Shown here: piece by piece, positions 1 through 12,300 of the stretch
Numbering within the stretch: position 1 is the stretch's first letter
Layout of the letters: every line of letters begins with the position of its first letter
NCBI GenBank assembly: GCA_028826165.1
Contig: JAPDFW010000077.1
Span: forward strand, 345,258-409,257
Direction of reading: 5' to 3'
Source of the DNA: Anaeramoeba ignava BMAN
Lineage: Eukaryota > Protista > Anaeramoebae
Length of the DNA: 64,000 bases
The notes under the pieces: model-generated
Told to the model about the DNA's origin: nothing
Database searches by the model: none
Seen by the model: the letters and a program-made list of their open reading frames with translations, nothing else
Program-made: the position numbers and the translations under genes

Positions 1-943
1 TATAAATTTAATTATAAATTTAATTATAAATTTAATTATAAATTTAATTATAAATTTAATTGGTATTTTGTTGTAAATTTTGTTATAAATTTAATTATAA
101 ATTTAATTATAAATTTAATTATAAATTTAATTATAAATTTAATTATAAATTTAATTATAAATTTAATTATAAATTTAATTATAAATTTAATTATAAATTT
201 AATTATAAATTTTATTATATATTTAATTATATATTTAATTATATATTTAATTATAGATTTGATTATAAATTTAATTATAAATTTAATTATAAACATAATT
301 ATAAAATTAATTATAAAACATAATTATAAATTTAATTATAAATTTAATTATAAATTTTGTTATAAATTTTGTTGTAAATTTAATTATAAATTTAATTATA
401 AATTTTTGTTATAAATTTAGTTATAAATTTAATTATAAATTTAATTATAAATTTAATTATAAATTTTGTTGTAAATTTTGTTATAAATTTAATTATAAAT
501 TTAATTATAAATTTTGTTGTAAATTTTGTTATAAATTTTGTTGTAAATTTAATTATAAATTTAATTATAAATTTAATTGTAAATTTTGTTATAAATTTAA
601 TTATAAATTTAATTATAAATTTAATTATAAATTTAATTATAAATTTTGTTATATATTTAATTATAAATATAATTATAAATTTAATTATAAATTTAGTTAT
701 AAATTTAATTATAAATTTAATTATAAATTTAATTATAAATTTTGTTATAAATTTTGTTATAAATTTTGTTATAAATTTTGTTATAAATTTAATTATAAAT
801 TTTATTATAAATTTAATTGTAAATTTAATTATAAATTTAATTATAAATTTAATTATAAATTTAATTGATATTTTGTTGTAAATTTTGTTGTAAATTTTGT
901 TGTAAATTTTGTTGTAAATTTTGTTGTAAATTTAATTATAAAT
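1..943. repeat. 12-bp tandem repeat (TATAAATTTAAT)n with variants, running off the window edge
   Basis: Directly visible periodic unit; the same unit family fills 55620-58200. Confidence 0.95.
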
Positions 944-1227
944 TTAATTGGTATTCTCTTGTAAATTTTCTTGTAAATTTTCTTGTAAATTGTTATTTGT
1001 TTTCTTTGTAATTTTGTTTGAAACCCAATTTAACCAAGCTTCACAAATATCAGCCATCATTTCTTGATATTTATCTAAATTAGCACAATTAATAAAAAAT
1101 CTTTTTAATTCTTTTTCAAGTTCTTCAATTTTTTGATTTAATTCTAAATAATAAAAATAATTTTAAATTGTTTTAAATTGTTTTAAATTGTTTTTTAATT
1201 TAAAAAAAAACCTTCAATTTCTTCCAT
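944..1227 (-). CDS. Small two-exon coiled-coil protein (~71 aa), function unknown
   Basis: ATG at 1227; exon 1227-1212; GT..AG intron 1211-1144; exon 1143-944 ending TAA. Translation MEEIEELNQKIEELEKELKRFFINCANLDKYQEMMADICEAWLNWVSNKITKKTNNNLQENLQENLQENTN. Not in the ORF track. Confidence 0.6.
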
Positions 1228-1513
1228 TTTCTTTTTTTTAAATTAAATTTAAATTAAAAAAAGCAAAAAAAAACAATTTTTTTTTTCAATTAAAATTAAA
1301 ATAAAAAAATAAAAAAAAGATCAAAATTAAAAATCATTTTTTCTTCTTTTTTCCTTTTTTTTTTCATTTATTTTTTACTTTACTTTTTATTATTTTATTA
1401 TTTAAAAAAAAAATTTAAAAAAAAAAATTTTTTTTCTTTCTTTCTTTCTTTTCTTTTTTTAAATTTTGTTTTTTTTTTCTCCAATTTTCTTTTTTTGAAT
1501 TGAATTTATAAAT

Positions 1514-2766
1514 ATGATTTCAACACAAACAAAAGGAAATTCAACTTTTGAAGAAGAAATGGAATTTTTTGAAAGTAAAAAACCAAAAACAATTTCCAGA
1601 TCTAATTATTATTTTGAAAATGAACAATTTTCTCAACAAAAATCTAATTTTCAAAAAGAAAAACTTCAACACAATCAATTTCATTATCAAAATCAATATT
1701 ATCAACATCAAAATGAACAACAACAACTTATTTCTCCAAAACCTGAAAAATCTAATTTTTGGTCCAAGTAATTTTTATTTCATTTCAACTTAAATTTAGA
1801 TTCAAAATTAGATACAAAATTAAATTCAAAATTAAATTCAAAATTAGATACAAAATTAAATACAAAATTAAATACAAAATTAAATTCAAAATTAAATTAA
1901 ATTAAAAATTAAATTCAAAATTAAATTCAAAATTAAATTCAAAATTAAATTCAAAATTAAATTGAATATTAAATACAAAATTAAATTCAAAATTAGATAC
2001 AAAATTAAATTAAAAATTAAATTCAAAATTAAATTCAAAATTAAATACAAAATTAAATTCAAAATTAAATACAAAATTAAATTCAAAATTAAATACAAAA
2101 TTAAATTAAAAATTCAAAATTAAATACAAAATTAAATTCAAAATTAAATTCAAAATTAAATTAAATTTAAATTCAAAATTAAATTCAAAATTAAATTCAA
2201 AATTAAATACAAAATTAAATTCAAAATTAAATACAAAATTAAATTCAAAATTAGATACAAAATTAAATTCAAAATTAAATACAAAATTAAAAATTAAAAA
2301 TTAAATTCAAAATTAAATTCAAAATTAGATACAAAATTAAATTCAAAATTAAATTCAAAATTAAATTTAAAATTAAATTCAAAATTAAATTCAATATTAA
2401 ATTCAAAATTAAATTCAAAATTAAATTCAATATTAAATTCAAAATTAAATTCAAAATTAAATTCAAAATTAAATTCAAAATTCTAAATTAAATTCAAAAT
2501 TCAAAATTCAAAATTAAAAAAGTCCTCGTTTTGTAAATTCTCAACCAATTCCTATTAAAATTTCAGAAAACAAAAGTGCAAACAAAACAATGCTTGAATT
2601 TTCATTTTTTCAAACAGGAATAAGAAATTCACCAAATCAAGACACAAACACTTTTTTTGGACATACTCCTCCTGATCGTTCTGAAAATCCTCTTCCTAAA
2701 AATGAACATTTTAGTAACAATTTAACCAAAAATTTCGAAAAATGTTCACCATTCTTTTTGAAATGA
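1514..2766 (+). CDS. Two-exon hypothetical protein with ISPKP and FFGHTPPDRSENPL motifs
   Basis: Exon 1514-1767; intron GTAATT..AAAG 1768-2522 filled with 12-bp repeats; exon 2523-2766 continues in frame (NPRFVNSQPIPIKIS...FFGHTPPDRSENPLPKNEHF...) to TGA. Confidence 0.7.
1795..2520 (+). repeat. Intronic 12-bp tandem repeat (AAATTCAAAATT)n
   Basis: Visible periodic unit inside the inferred intron. Confidence 0.9.
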
Positions 2767-2959
2767 AAAATTCCAATTTCTTAAATATACAAAAAAATAT
2801 CATCAATTCTTTCAATTCAAAAAATTTTTTTTTTTGTATTCTTTTTTTTTGATTGTTTTCATTTTTTTTTTTCGCTTTTGATCTTCCTGTTTTTAGAAAC
2901 TTTTATCACTTTGTTTTTTTATGTAAACAATGTTTGATAAACTGAGAAAATAAAGGAGA

Positions 2960-3115
2960 ATTTGTTTGAATTTTTTGTTTAAATTTTTTGTTTAATTTGT
3001 TTAAATTTTTGTTTGAATTTTTGTTTGAATTTTTGTTTAAATTTTTTGTTTGAATTTTTGTTTAAATTTTTGTTTAAATTTTTTGTTTAAATTTTTTGTT
3101 TAAATTTTTGTTTAA
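2960..3115. repeat. Short 12-13-bp tandem repeat (TTTTGTTTRAAT) between convergent genes
   Basis: Visible repeat. Confidence 0.7.
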
Positions 3116-3323
3116 AAAAAAAGTAAAAATTGTTTTTGTTTTTGTTTTGAATTGTTTTGTGTATTTTTTTTTGTTTGAAATTTTTGAAAAGAAAAAAAAA
3201 ACTTTTTTTTGAAAGAAAAAAAAAGAAATTTCTTTTGAAAGAAAGAAAGAAAGCAAAAAAAAAAAACGGAAATTCGGGAAAATCAAAATCAATTCCAAAA
3301 TCAAAATCTCCAAATGCGGTTAG

Positions 3324-4655
3324 TCATATATTCTTAGAATTTGATTTCTTTTCAACAGTTTTTCTAACGATTGATTTAACAATTCCAACTCCAACTGTAG
3401 CTCTCATATCTCTAATAGCAAATCTACCAAGTGGAGGATATTCAGAATAAACTTCTACACACATTGGTTTAGAAGGAACAAACTCGACAAGACCAGCATC
3501 ACCAGTTTTGAGGGATTGAGGATTTTCTTCCAAAACTTTTCCTGATCTTTTATCCATTTTGTTAATCAATTTATCAAACTTGCAAGCAACATGAGTAGTG
3601 TGGCAATCAAGCACTGGGCAGTAACCTTGTCTGATCTCGCCTGGATGTTTAAGAATAACAACTTGAGCAACGAATCTCTCGACTTCAGAAGGAGGATCTC
3701 TTTTAGCATCTCCACAAACATATCCTCTTCTGATTTCTTTTTTTGGAACGTTTTTCACATTGAATCCAATATTGTCTCCTGGAGTTGCTTCTTCGAGGGA
3801 TAAGTGGTGCATCTCGATCGATTTAACTTCGGATGTGATCATTGAAGGAGCGAAAATAACAGATTGTCCAATTTTCAAAGTTCCAGTTTCCACTCTTCCT
3901 GATGGCACAGTTCCAATTCCTTTGATGGAGTATACATCTTGGATTGCGAGACGGAATGGTTTGTCTGTTGGGCGCTTTGGAGGAGGAATTGTGTCCAAGA
4001 GTCCAAGAAGTGTTGGGCCATCCCACCAAGGCATATTACTTGATTTCTCGATCATGTTATCTCCTTTCCAACCACTAATAGGAACAAAGCGAATTTTGTC
4101 AGGACTGAAACCGACCCGTTTAAGATATCGCATCATCTCCTCTTGGATCTCCTTGAATCTTTGTTCAGAATACTTAACGCTTTTGTCATCCATTTTGTTC
4201 ACGATCACAATCATATCCCTAATTCCAAGTGTGAAAGCTAAAAGTGCATGTTCTCTTGTTTGTCCGTCTTCAGAAATGCCTGCCTCGAATCCTCCTTTGG
4301 TTGAATCCACAACAAGAATGGCGCAATCTGCTTGTGATGTTCCCGAGATCATGTTCTTAATGAAATCTCTGTGTCCTGGTGCGTCAATTATTGTCAAAAC
4401 GTATTTGCTTGTTTCAAATTTCCAAAGTGAAAGATCAATTGTCATTCCCCTTTCTCTTTCTGTCTTAAGTTTGCTAAGAACCCATGCGAACTTGAATGAT
4501 TTTTTTCCAATTGATTCTGCTTCTTTTTCATATCGTTCAATTGTTCTTTTGTCAATCCCGCCGCATTTGTAAATAAGATGTCCTGTTGTTGTTGATTTTC
4601 CCGAATCCACGTGTCCTATTACAACTACATTAACATGTAATTTTTCTTTTCCCAT
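3324..4655 (-). CDS. EEF1A: Elongation factor 1-alpha, divergent intronless copy (443 aa)
   Basis: MGKEK start; [21 protein letters not shown] and [11 protein letters not shown] motifs; lacks the opisthokont insertion ([10 protein letters not shown]). Confidence 0.97.
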   Translation of the reverse strand: MGKEKLHVNVVVIGHVDSGKSTTTGHLIYKCGGIDKRTIERYEKEAESIGKKSFKFAWVLSKLKTERERGMTIDLSLWKFETSKYVLTIIDAPGHRDFIKNMISGTSQADCAILVVDSTKGGFEAGISEDGQTREHALLAFTLGIRDMIVIVNKMDDKSVKYSEQRFKEIQEEMMRYLKRVGFSPDKIRFVPISGWKGDNMIEKSSNMPWWDGPTLLGLLDTIPPPKRPTDKPFRLAIQDVYSIKGIGTVPSGRVETGTLKIGQSVIFAPSMITSEVKSIEMHHLSLEEATPGDNIGFNVKNVPKKEIRRGYVCGDAKRDPPSEVERFVAQVVILKHPGEIRQGYCPVLDCHTTHVACKFDKLINKMDKRSGKVLEENPQSLKTGDAGLVEFVPSKPMCVEVYSEYPPLGRFAIRDMRATVGVGIVKSIVRKTVEKKSNSKNI

Positions 4656-4943
4656 TTTGTTCTTGTAATTTTTGCTTTTTTTTTTTTAATTAAGTTAATT
4701 TGAAAATTAGTTTTGATTATTTTTTTATTAATTTTTTAATTTATTTTTTTGATTTACTTTTGTGTATTTGAATTTGTCAAAACTGCGATAAAAAAAAATT
4801 TAAGTAGTTTATTAAAGAAAAATCAATTTAAACTTTTTTAAATCAAGTTTAAAAATGAAATAAAAAAGAAATGAAAAAAAATGGAAAGTGAAAAATTTTT
4901 TTTCTTTTAAACTCTTTTTTTCTTTAATTTTTCAATTTAATTC

Positions 4944-5455
4944 CTTTCAATTTAATAACGATTGATGACGTTTTTTGAATAAGGAATTATTTAATTCAAT
5001 TAAAGATCATTTTTATTTTTTGGATCATTAATTTCTTTCAATTTAATAACGATTGATGACGTTTTTTGAATAAGGAATTATTTAATTCAATTAAAGATCA
5101 TTTTTATTTTTTGGATCATTAATTTCTTTCAATTTAATAACGATTGATGACGTTTTTTGAATAAAGAATTATTTAATTCAATTAAAGATCATTTTTATTT
5201 TTTGGATCAATAATTTCTTTTAATTTAATAACGATTGATGACGTTTTTTCATTAAAGAATTATTCAATCCAATTAAAGATCATTTTTATTTTTTGGATCA
5301 TTAATTTCTTTTAATTTAATAACGATTGATGACGTTTTTTGAATAAGGAATTATTCAATCCAATTAAAGATCATTTATATTTTTTGGATAAATAATTTCT
5401 TTTAATTTAATAACTATTGATGACGTTTTTTTAATAAAGAATTATTTAATCCAAT
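4944..5455. repeat. 91-bp tandem repeat, ~5.5 copies
   Basis: Anchor TTTAATAAC recurs at 4951, 5042, 5133, 5224, 5315 and 5406; each unit contains GATGACGT. Confidence 0.95.
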
Positions 5456-6595
5456 TATTAATTTTGATTAAAAATATATTTTAATTAATTTTATTTAATA
5501 ATCTTAATTTAAAATTAATTTAAATATTTATATTTTTTTATTTCAATTTTTTTCAATTATTTTAATAAAGATAAATAACTTTATTTCAATAAAGAATTAT
5601 TCAATCCAATTATTAGTTTTGATTAAAAATATATTTTAATTAATTTTATTTAATAATCTTAATTTAAAATTAATTTAAATATTTATATTTTTTGTTTCAA
5701 TTTTTTCAATTATTTTAATAAAGATAAATAACTTTATTTTAATAAAGAATTATTTAATCCAATTATTAATTTTGATTAAAAATATATTTTAATTAATTTT
5801 ATTTAATAATCTTAATTTAAAACTAATTTAAATATTTATATTTTTTTATTTCAATTTTTTTCAATTATTTTAATAAAGATAAATAACTTTATTTCAATAA
5901 AGAATTATTTAATCTAATTATTAATTTTATTTAAAAATATATTTAAATTAATTTTATTTAATAATCTTAATTTAAACTTAATTTAAATATTTATATTTTT
6001 TTATTTCAATTTTTCAATTATTTTAATAAAGATAAATAACTTTTTCAATAAAGAATTATTCAATCCAATTATTAATTTTTATTAAAAATATATTTAAATT
6101 AATTTTATTTAATAATCTTAATTTAAAACTAATTTAAATATTTATATTTTTTATTTCAATTTTTCAATTATTTTAATAAAGATAAATAACTTTTTCAATA
6201 AAGAATTTTTAATCCAATTATTAGTTTTATTTAAAAATATATTTTAATTAATTTTATTTAATAATCTTAATTTAAAACTAATTTAAATATTTATATTTTT
6301 TATTTCAATTTTTTTCAATTATTTTAATAAAGATAAATAACTTTATTTCAATAAAGAATTATTCAATTCAATTATTAATTTTGATTAAAAATATATTTTA
6401 ATTAGTTTTATTTAATAATCTTAATTTAAAATTAATTTAAATATTTATATTTTTTTATTTCAATTTTTTTCAATTATTTTAATAAAGATAAATAACCTTA
6501 TTCCAATAAAGAATTATTTAATTCAATTATTAATTTTATTTAAAAATATATTTAAATTAATTTTATTTAATAATCTTAATTTAAAATTAATTTAA
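5433..6595. repeat. 150-155-bp tandem repeat, ~7.5 copies
   Basis: Anchor GATAAATAAC recurs at 5570, 5723, 5878, 6031, 6181, 6332 and 6487. Confidence 0.95.
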
Positions 6596-6824
6596 AAAAA
6601 AGAAGAACAAAAAAAAAAGATTTTTTAATTAAAATTTTTTTTTTCATTTTTTTCATTTTATTTTTCATTTTTTAAACATTTACGCATTTATTTTTATTCA
6701 ACAACTTGTTAAATCTGCATTAAATCAACAACAAAACACACAAACAACATCACCATTAATACAAAGAGTAACGCACAATGGAAAGCAGTTTCAAGAATAT
6801 TTCACAAATTCAACTCTTCAATAT

Positions 6825-9020
6825 TTGCTTTCAAAAACTTCAAAAGAAAATTTAAATAATTCTTTACTTCAAAAAGAAATTTTTGAAGATCCAAAAAATT
6901 TTCAAAATGAAAAACTCTTTTCAATTCAAAAAAATAAAAATAATTCAAGTTTTTTAAGTGAATCTAATTTATTTGCAATTTCAACACCAGATTTTATACA
7001 TTTATTAAATTTCAATGAAGCAAATTCAAATGAAAATTATTCAAATGAAAATTATTCAAATGAAAAATATTTAAATGAAAAATATTTAAATGAAAAATAT
7101 TTAAATGAAAAATATTCAAATGAAAAATTTAATCCAAAAAATTTGAAATCAAAAAATCAACTTTCAAAAGTTGGAATTCAAAATATTGGAAATTCTTGCT
7201 ATTTTGCATCAGTTATTCAATCATTAATTCATTCAAACCTTATTAATTTGGAATTAATTGGTTCACTTTCTCAAAAATTTAATCAATTTTATCAAAAATA
7301 TCAAAACATTCCTAATTATCATTATATTTCACCTATAGAATTGAAGAAATTTATTAACACAAAAAATATTCAATTTGATAATTTAAATCAACAAGATGCA
7401 CATGAAATGTTAATTTACTTACTTGATTCTTTTTTGGAAGAAGCAAATGAAAATCAACAAAAAAACACTTCTAATAAAATTCATCAAAAAATCTCAGAAA
7501 ATCAACTTCTTCAATCAAATGTTGTTTTTCAAGAATTTGGTGGCTATTTTTCAAGTATTATTCAATGCTTGAAATGCAAAAATTATTTTGTATCAAATGA
7601 ACATTTTTTATCACTTTCTTTGCCAATTCCAAATTTATTAGAAACAAAAATTAAAAACAAAAATCAACTTGAAAAAGAAATTAAAAAGAAATTCCAAAAT
7701 TCATTTAAAAATATAAATGAAATTACATTTAAAAATAAAAGTGAAATTGAAAATGAGATTAAAAATAAATTTCCAAATACATTTAAAAACCAAAATCAAA
7801 ATCAAAATCAAAATAAAAATAAAAATCAAAATATAAATCAAAATCAAAATCAAAATCAAAATATAAATCAAAATCAAAATATAAATCAAATTCAAAATCA
7901 AAATCAAAATCAAAATAAAAATCAAAATAAAAATCAAAATCAAAATATAAATCAAAATAAAAATCAAAATATAAATATAAATCAAAATCAATATCAAAAT
8001 ATAAATCAAAATCAAAATCAAAATATAAATCAAAATATAAACCAAAATCAAAATATAAATCAAAATCAAAATCAAAATCAAAATCAAAATCAAAATCAAA
8101 ATAAAAATCAAAATCAAAATATAAACCAAAATCAAAATATAAATCAAAATAAAAATCAATATATAAATCAAAATATAAATGAAAATATAAATCAAAATCA
8201 AAATATAAATCAAAATATAAATCAAAATATAAATCTAAATATAAATCAAAATGAAAATGAAAATCAAAATATAAATCAATATATAAATCAAAATCAAAAC
8301 ATAAATCAAAACATAAATCAAAATATAAATCAAAATATAAATCTAAATATAAATCAAAATGAAAATCAAAATGAAAATGAAAATAAAAATAAAAATCAAA
8401 ATCAAAATCAAAATCAAAATCAAAATATAAATGAAAATGAAAATGAAAATCAAAATATAAACCAAAATGAAAATGAAAATCAAAATATAAATGAAAATCA
8501 AATTTCAATCAAAGTTTGTTTTAATGAATTGCTAAAACAAGAATTTCTTACAGATGAAAACCAATATTTTTGTTCGCATTGTAATAAAAAATGTGATTCA
8601 ACAAAACAAATAATTTTAACAAAATTACCAAAAACATTAATAATTCATCTTAAAAGATTCCAAATTGAAAAAACAGAATCAAAATTAACAAAAGAAAAAC
8701 AAGAAGAAAAATTTGAATCAAAAAATCAATTAAAAATATCAAAAATCAAAACAAAAATTCAATTTCCAATTAAAAATATGAATTTAAAAGAATTTATACC
8801 AGAAGTATTTCAAGATCAAAAAGAATCATTTATTTTCAATTTAAGATCTATTATTGATCATTATGGACCTTTTGAATATGGTCATTATACTTCAACTTGT
8901 TTTGATAATGAAAAATCAAAATGGATTACTTTCAATGATTCACAAGTTCAAGATTTTTCTTCAATTAAAAATAGTTCTTCTTCTGTGTATATTTTATTTT
9001 ATGAAAGAGCATCAAATTAA
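6825..9020 (+). CDS. Ubiquitin-specific protease (peptidase C19) with a long Asn/Gln insertion; true start uncertain
   Basis: Cys box [26 protein letters not shown], CxxC fingers (CLKC, CSHC), LIIHLKRF, His box [25 protein letters not shown]. The ORF-track start is TTG, not ATG. Confidence 0.9.
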   Translation: MLSKTSKENLNNSLLQKEIFEDPKNFQNEKLFSIQKNKNNSSFLSESNLFAISTPDFIHLLNFNEANSNENYSNENYSNEKYLNEKYLNEKYLNEKYSNEKFNPKNLKSKNQLSKVGIQNIGNSCYFASVIQSLIHSNLINLELIGSLSQKFNQFYQKYQNIPNYHYISPIELKKFINTKNIQFDNLNQQDAHEMLIYLLDSFLEEANENQQKNTSNKIHQKISENQLLQSNVVFQEFGGYFSSIIQCLKCKNYFVSNEHFLSLSLPIPNLLETKIKNKNQLEKEIKKKFQNSFKNINEITFKNKSEIENEIKNKFPNTFKNQNQNQNQNKNKNQNINQNQNQNQNINQNQNINQIQNQNQNQNKNQNKNQNQNINQNKNQNININQNQYQNINQNQNQNINQNINQNQNINQNQNQNQNQNQNQNKNQNQNINQNQNINQNKNQYINQNINENINQNQNINQNINQNINLNINQNENENQNINQYINQNQNINQNINQNINQNINLNINQNENQNENENKNKNQNQNQNQNQNINENENENQNINQNENENQNINENQISIKVCFNELLKQEFLTDENQYFCSHCNKKCDSTKQIILTKLPKTLIIHLKRFQIEKTESKLTKEKQEEKFESKNQLKISKIKTKIQFPIKNMNLKEFIPEVFQDQKESFIFNLRSIIDHYGPFEYGHYTSTCFDNEKSKWITFNDSQVQDFSSIKNSSSSVYILFYERASN

Positions 9021-9338
9021 AATCAAAATTATAAATTAAAATTGATTAAAATTGAATTTAAAATCAAAATTGAATTTAAAATTGAAACTGAAATTGAAAC
9101 TTGATTTTATTTTTAATTTATTTGTTTATTTTCTTTAATAACTTTAATGGTGATTTGTTTGAACAATTTATTTTTCTTCTTTCTCTTTTTTTTTTTATCA
9201 AATAAATCTCAAAAAAATTTGTTTTAATTTTCATTTTTTTCATTTTTTTCAAATTTTTTCAAATTTTTTCAATTTAATTCAAAAAAAAAGATTTTAAAAA
9301 TATTAAAAATATAAAAATATATAAATAAATAAATCAAA

Positions 9339-12300
9339 ATGGATGGATTACTTGAAGGAATTCAAAGTGATGATATTTCAATACAATTTACAAGTATAAT
9401 AGAATTAAATGAAACAATTTCACTTTCAACTGAAGAAACAATGAGCGGATTTTCAATTGATTCATTTGTTCCTGCAATAACAAATTTAATTTCAATAGAA
9501 GGCGCACCTGAATTAAACTGTAAAATAAAAAATAGAAACACAAATCAAACTGGGAATAAAAATAAAATATTATTATTTAATAAAATAATTGTGACGTCTT
9601 TAATTTTAATTTAATTTTTTTTTTATTTAATTTTTTTTATTTAGTGTTTGCTTGTAGAACTTTAAGTAATTTAATGGAAGCTCTTCCTAATTCAACTGGT
9701 GCTATTGCTTATAGTGCAACTCAACTTCTTGTTTCTAAACTTTTAGCTATTGATTATATTGATCTTGCTGAATTATCAATTTTGGTATTTCTTCATTAAA
9801 TTATAATTAAAATTCATTTATAAAATTAAAATTCATTTATAAAATTAAAATTCATTTATAAAATTAAAATTAAAATTTAAATTAAAATTAAAATTAATAT
9901 TAAAATTCATTTATAAAATTAAAATTAAAATTAAAATTAAAATTAAAATTAAAATTAAATTTAAAATTAAAATTAAAATTAAAATTAAAATTCATTTATA
10001 AAATTAAAATCAAAATTAAAATTAAAATTAAAATTAAACTTAAAATTAAAATTAAAATTAAAATTAAAATTAAAATTAAAATTAAAATTAAAATTAAAAT
10101 TAAAATTAAAATTCATTTATAAAATTATAATTAAAATCAAAATAAAATTCAAAATTAAAATTAAAATTAAAATTAAAATTAAAATTAAAATTAAAAGGTT
10201 CTTGAAAAATTATCGAGAGATCATTATTCACATGTGATTCAACAAGGAGCTTTATCAGCAATAATGACATTTTTTGATTTTTTTTCATCACAAACTCAAG
10301 AAAAAGCAATGGCAGCAGCAGCAAACATGACACGTTCAATAGCAGAAGATTCTTATGATAAAGTTACAGAAGCTCTTCCTTTAATTTGCAATCAATTAAA
10401 TTCTCCAAATCGCAAAAGTATTTTAAAATTAAAATTAAAATTAAAATTAAAATTAAAATCAAAATTAAAATTAAAATTAAAATTAAAATTAAAATTAAAA
10501 TTAAAATTAAAATTAAAATTAAAATTAAAATTAAAATTAAAATTAAAATTAAAATTAAAATTAAAATTAAAATTAAAATTCATTTATAAAATAAATTAAA
10601 ATTAAAATTCATTTATAAAATAAATTAAAATTAATAATTAAAATTTCTTTAAATAATTCTTCATTATTTTAGTTGCTGATTTAGCTTGTTTAACACTATT
10701 TCGAATTAGCAATCATTTCATTCATAATACAAATATGAGAAATTTACTTACAGATGAAATGATTCTTAGAAATTTATTAGAAATTTTGAAACAAGAAGCA
10801 GAAAATCCTGGAATAATAACTCCAGCTACTTTTTCATCAATAGTAGGATTATTATCTGATTTATGCGTTTTAGGTCCTTCTGTTCCAATGATTTTATTTA
10901 AGTTAAATATTTTCCAAATACTTCATTATATTATTTTAGGCGTTTCAAAAGAAAATCTTGAAAATTTAGGTATTTATTTGGAAATTAAAATTAAAAATTA
11001 AAGTTGAAATTAAAATTCAAATTAAAATTATAATTAAAATTAAAATTAAAATTAAAATTAAAATTAAAAAATTATAATTTTTTTGTAATTTAGAAATGTC
11101 TGCGAAAAAAAAATCTCATAAAAAAATGCGTTCAACAAATCAACTTTATAATATAATTGTCTTGATAAATTCACTTCTTCCTAATCTATCAAATGAAACA
11201 ATACCAAGAATAATACTTGAATATTTAGAAAGTAATGAACAAAAAAACACAAATTTTGGATACAATTCATCATATTATAATTATCAAGAAAATCATGAAG
11301 CTCGATTAAAAATCATTCAAGAACATCCAGAATTCCCAAAAAATTTTGCAGAATATCTATTAGAACCTTTAATTTTTACTTATACTGAAGCAGTTTCTTC
11401 ATCTTTAAGAAAGAATTGTCTTTCAGGCATTTTGAAAATTATTTATCACAATAATTCAGAAAATTTATCAAATTTATTACCCATTTATTCCAAATCAATC
11501 ACATCAATAATTTCTGAAGTTATTACACAACAAGATGATAATGTACAAGTTGCATTTGGATTGAATATTGCATTTATTTTGATGGAAAAATTACCCGAAA
11601 TGTTTTGGAGTATTTTTCAACGTGAAGGAATTTTTGAAGATATGCAATCTCTTGTTTCTAAAATCACTCAAATCATTCAAAATGAAAAGGAAAAAATTTA
11701 TATCCTTTCAATTAATATTCAAAAGGATAAAAAAGAACTGACTATTGAATTGGATAATGTTGAAAAGGAAAGAAATTCTTTAGAGAAAAATCTTGAAAAT
11801 TTGGAAGTAGAAAAACAAACACAAATTCAATCACAAGAAAAAGAATTAGAAGAAATGAAAAACAATTCTAAAACTGAGGATGAAATAAATAGTGTTGCAG
11901 AAGAATATGCTAAACAAATTGAGCAAATTGAACAAGAATTATCAGATGCACAATCAAAAACATATGGATGTAATACAAGAAAAACAGAAATTTTACAGAA
12001 ACTTCAAGAATTTCAAGAATATCAAGAGTTGATTAAAAAGACGATTCCAGAATTTGCTATTGAAGAAGATGAAATTAAAAAAGAAGAAGATGAAATTAAA
12101 AAAGAAGATGAAATTAAAGATAATGAAATGGAAATTAAAAAAGAAGAAGATGAAATTAAAAAAGAAGATGAAATTAAAAAAGAAGATGAAATTAAAGAAA
12201 TTGAAATGGAAATTAAAAAAGAAGATGAAATCAAAGATAATCAAATTAAAAAAGAAGATGAAATCAAAGATAATGAAATGGAAATTAAAAAAGAAGATGA

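Noticed and set aside
3760-4572. 270-aa antisense ORF within EF-1alpha
   Set aside because: Antisense shadow expected from codon usage of the real gene; no recognisable motifs.
4944-6595. CRISPR-like array
   Set aside because: Units are near-identical along their whole length with no unique spacers; no cas genes; eukaryotic context.
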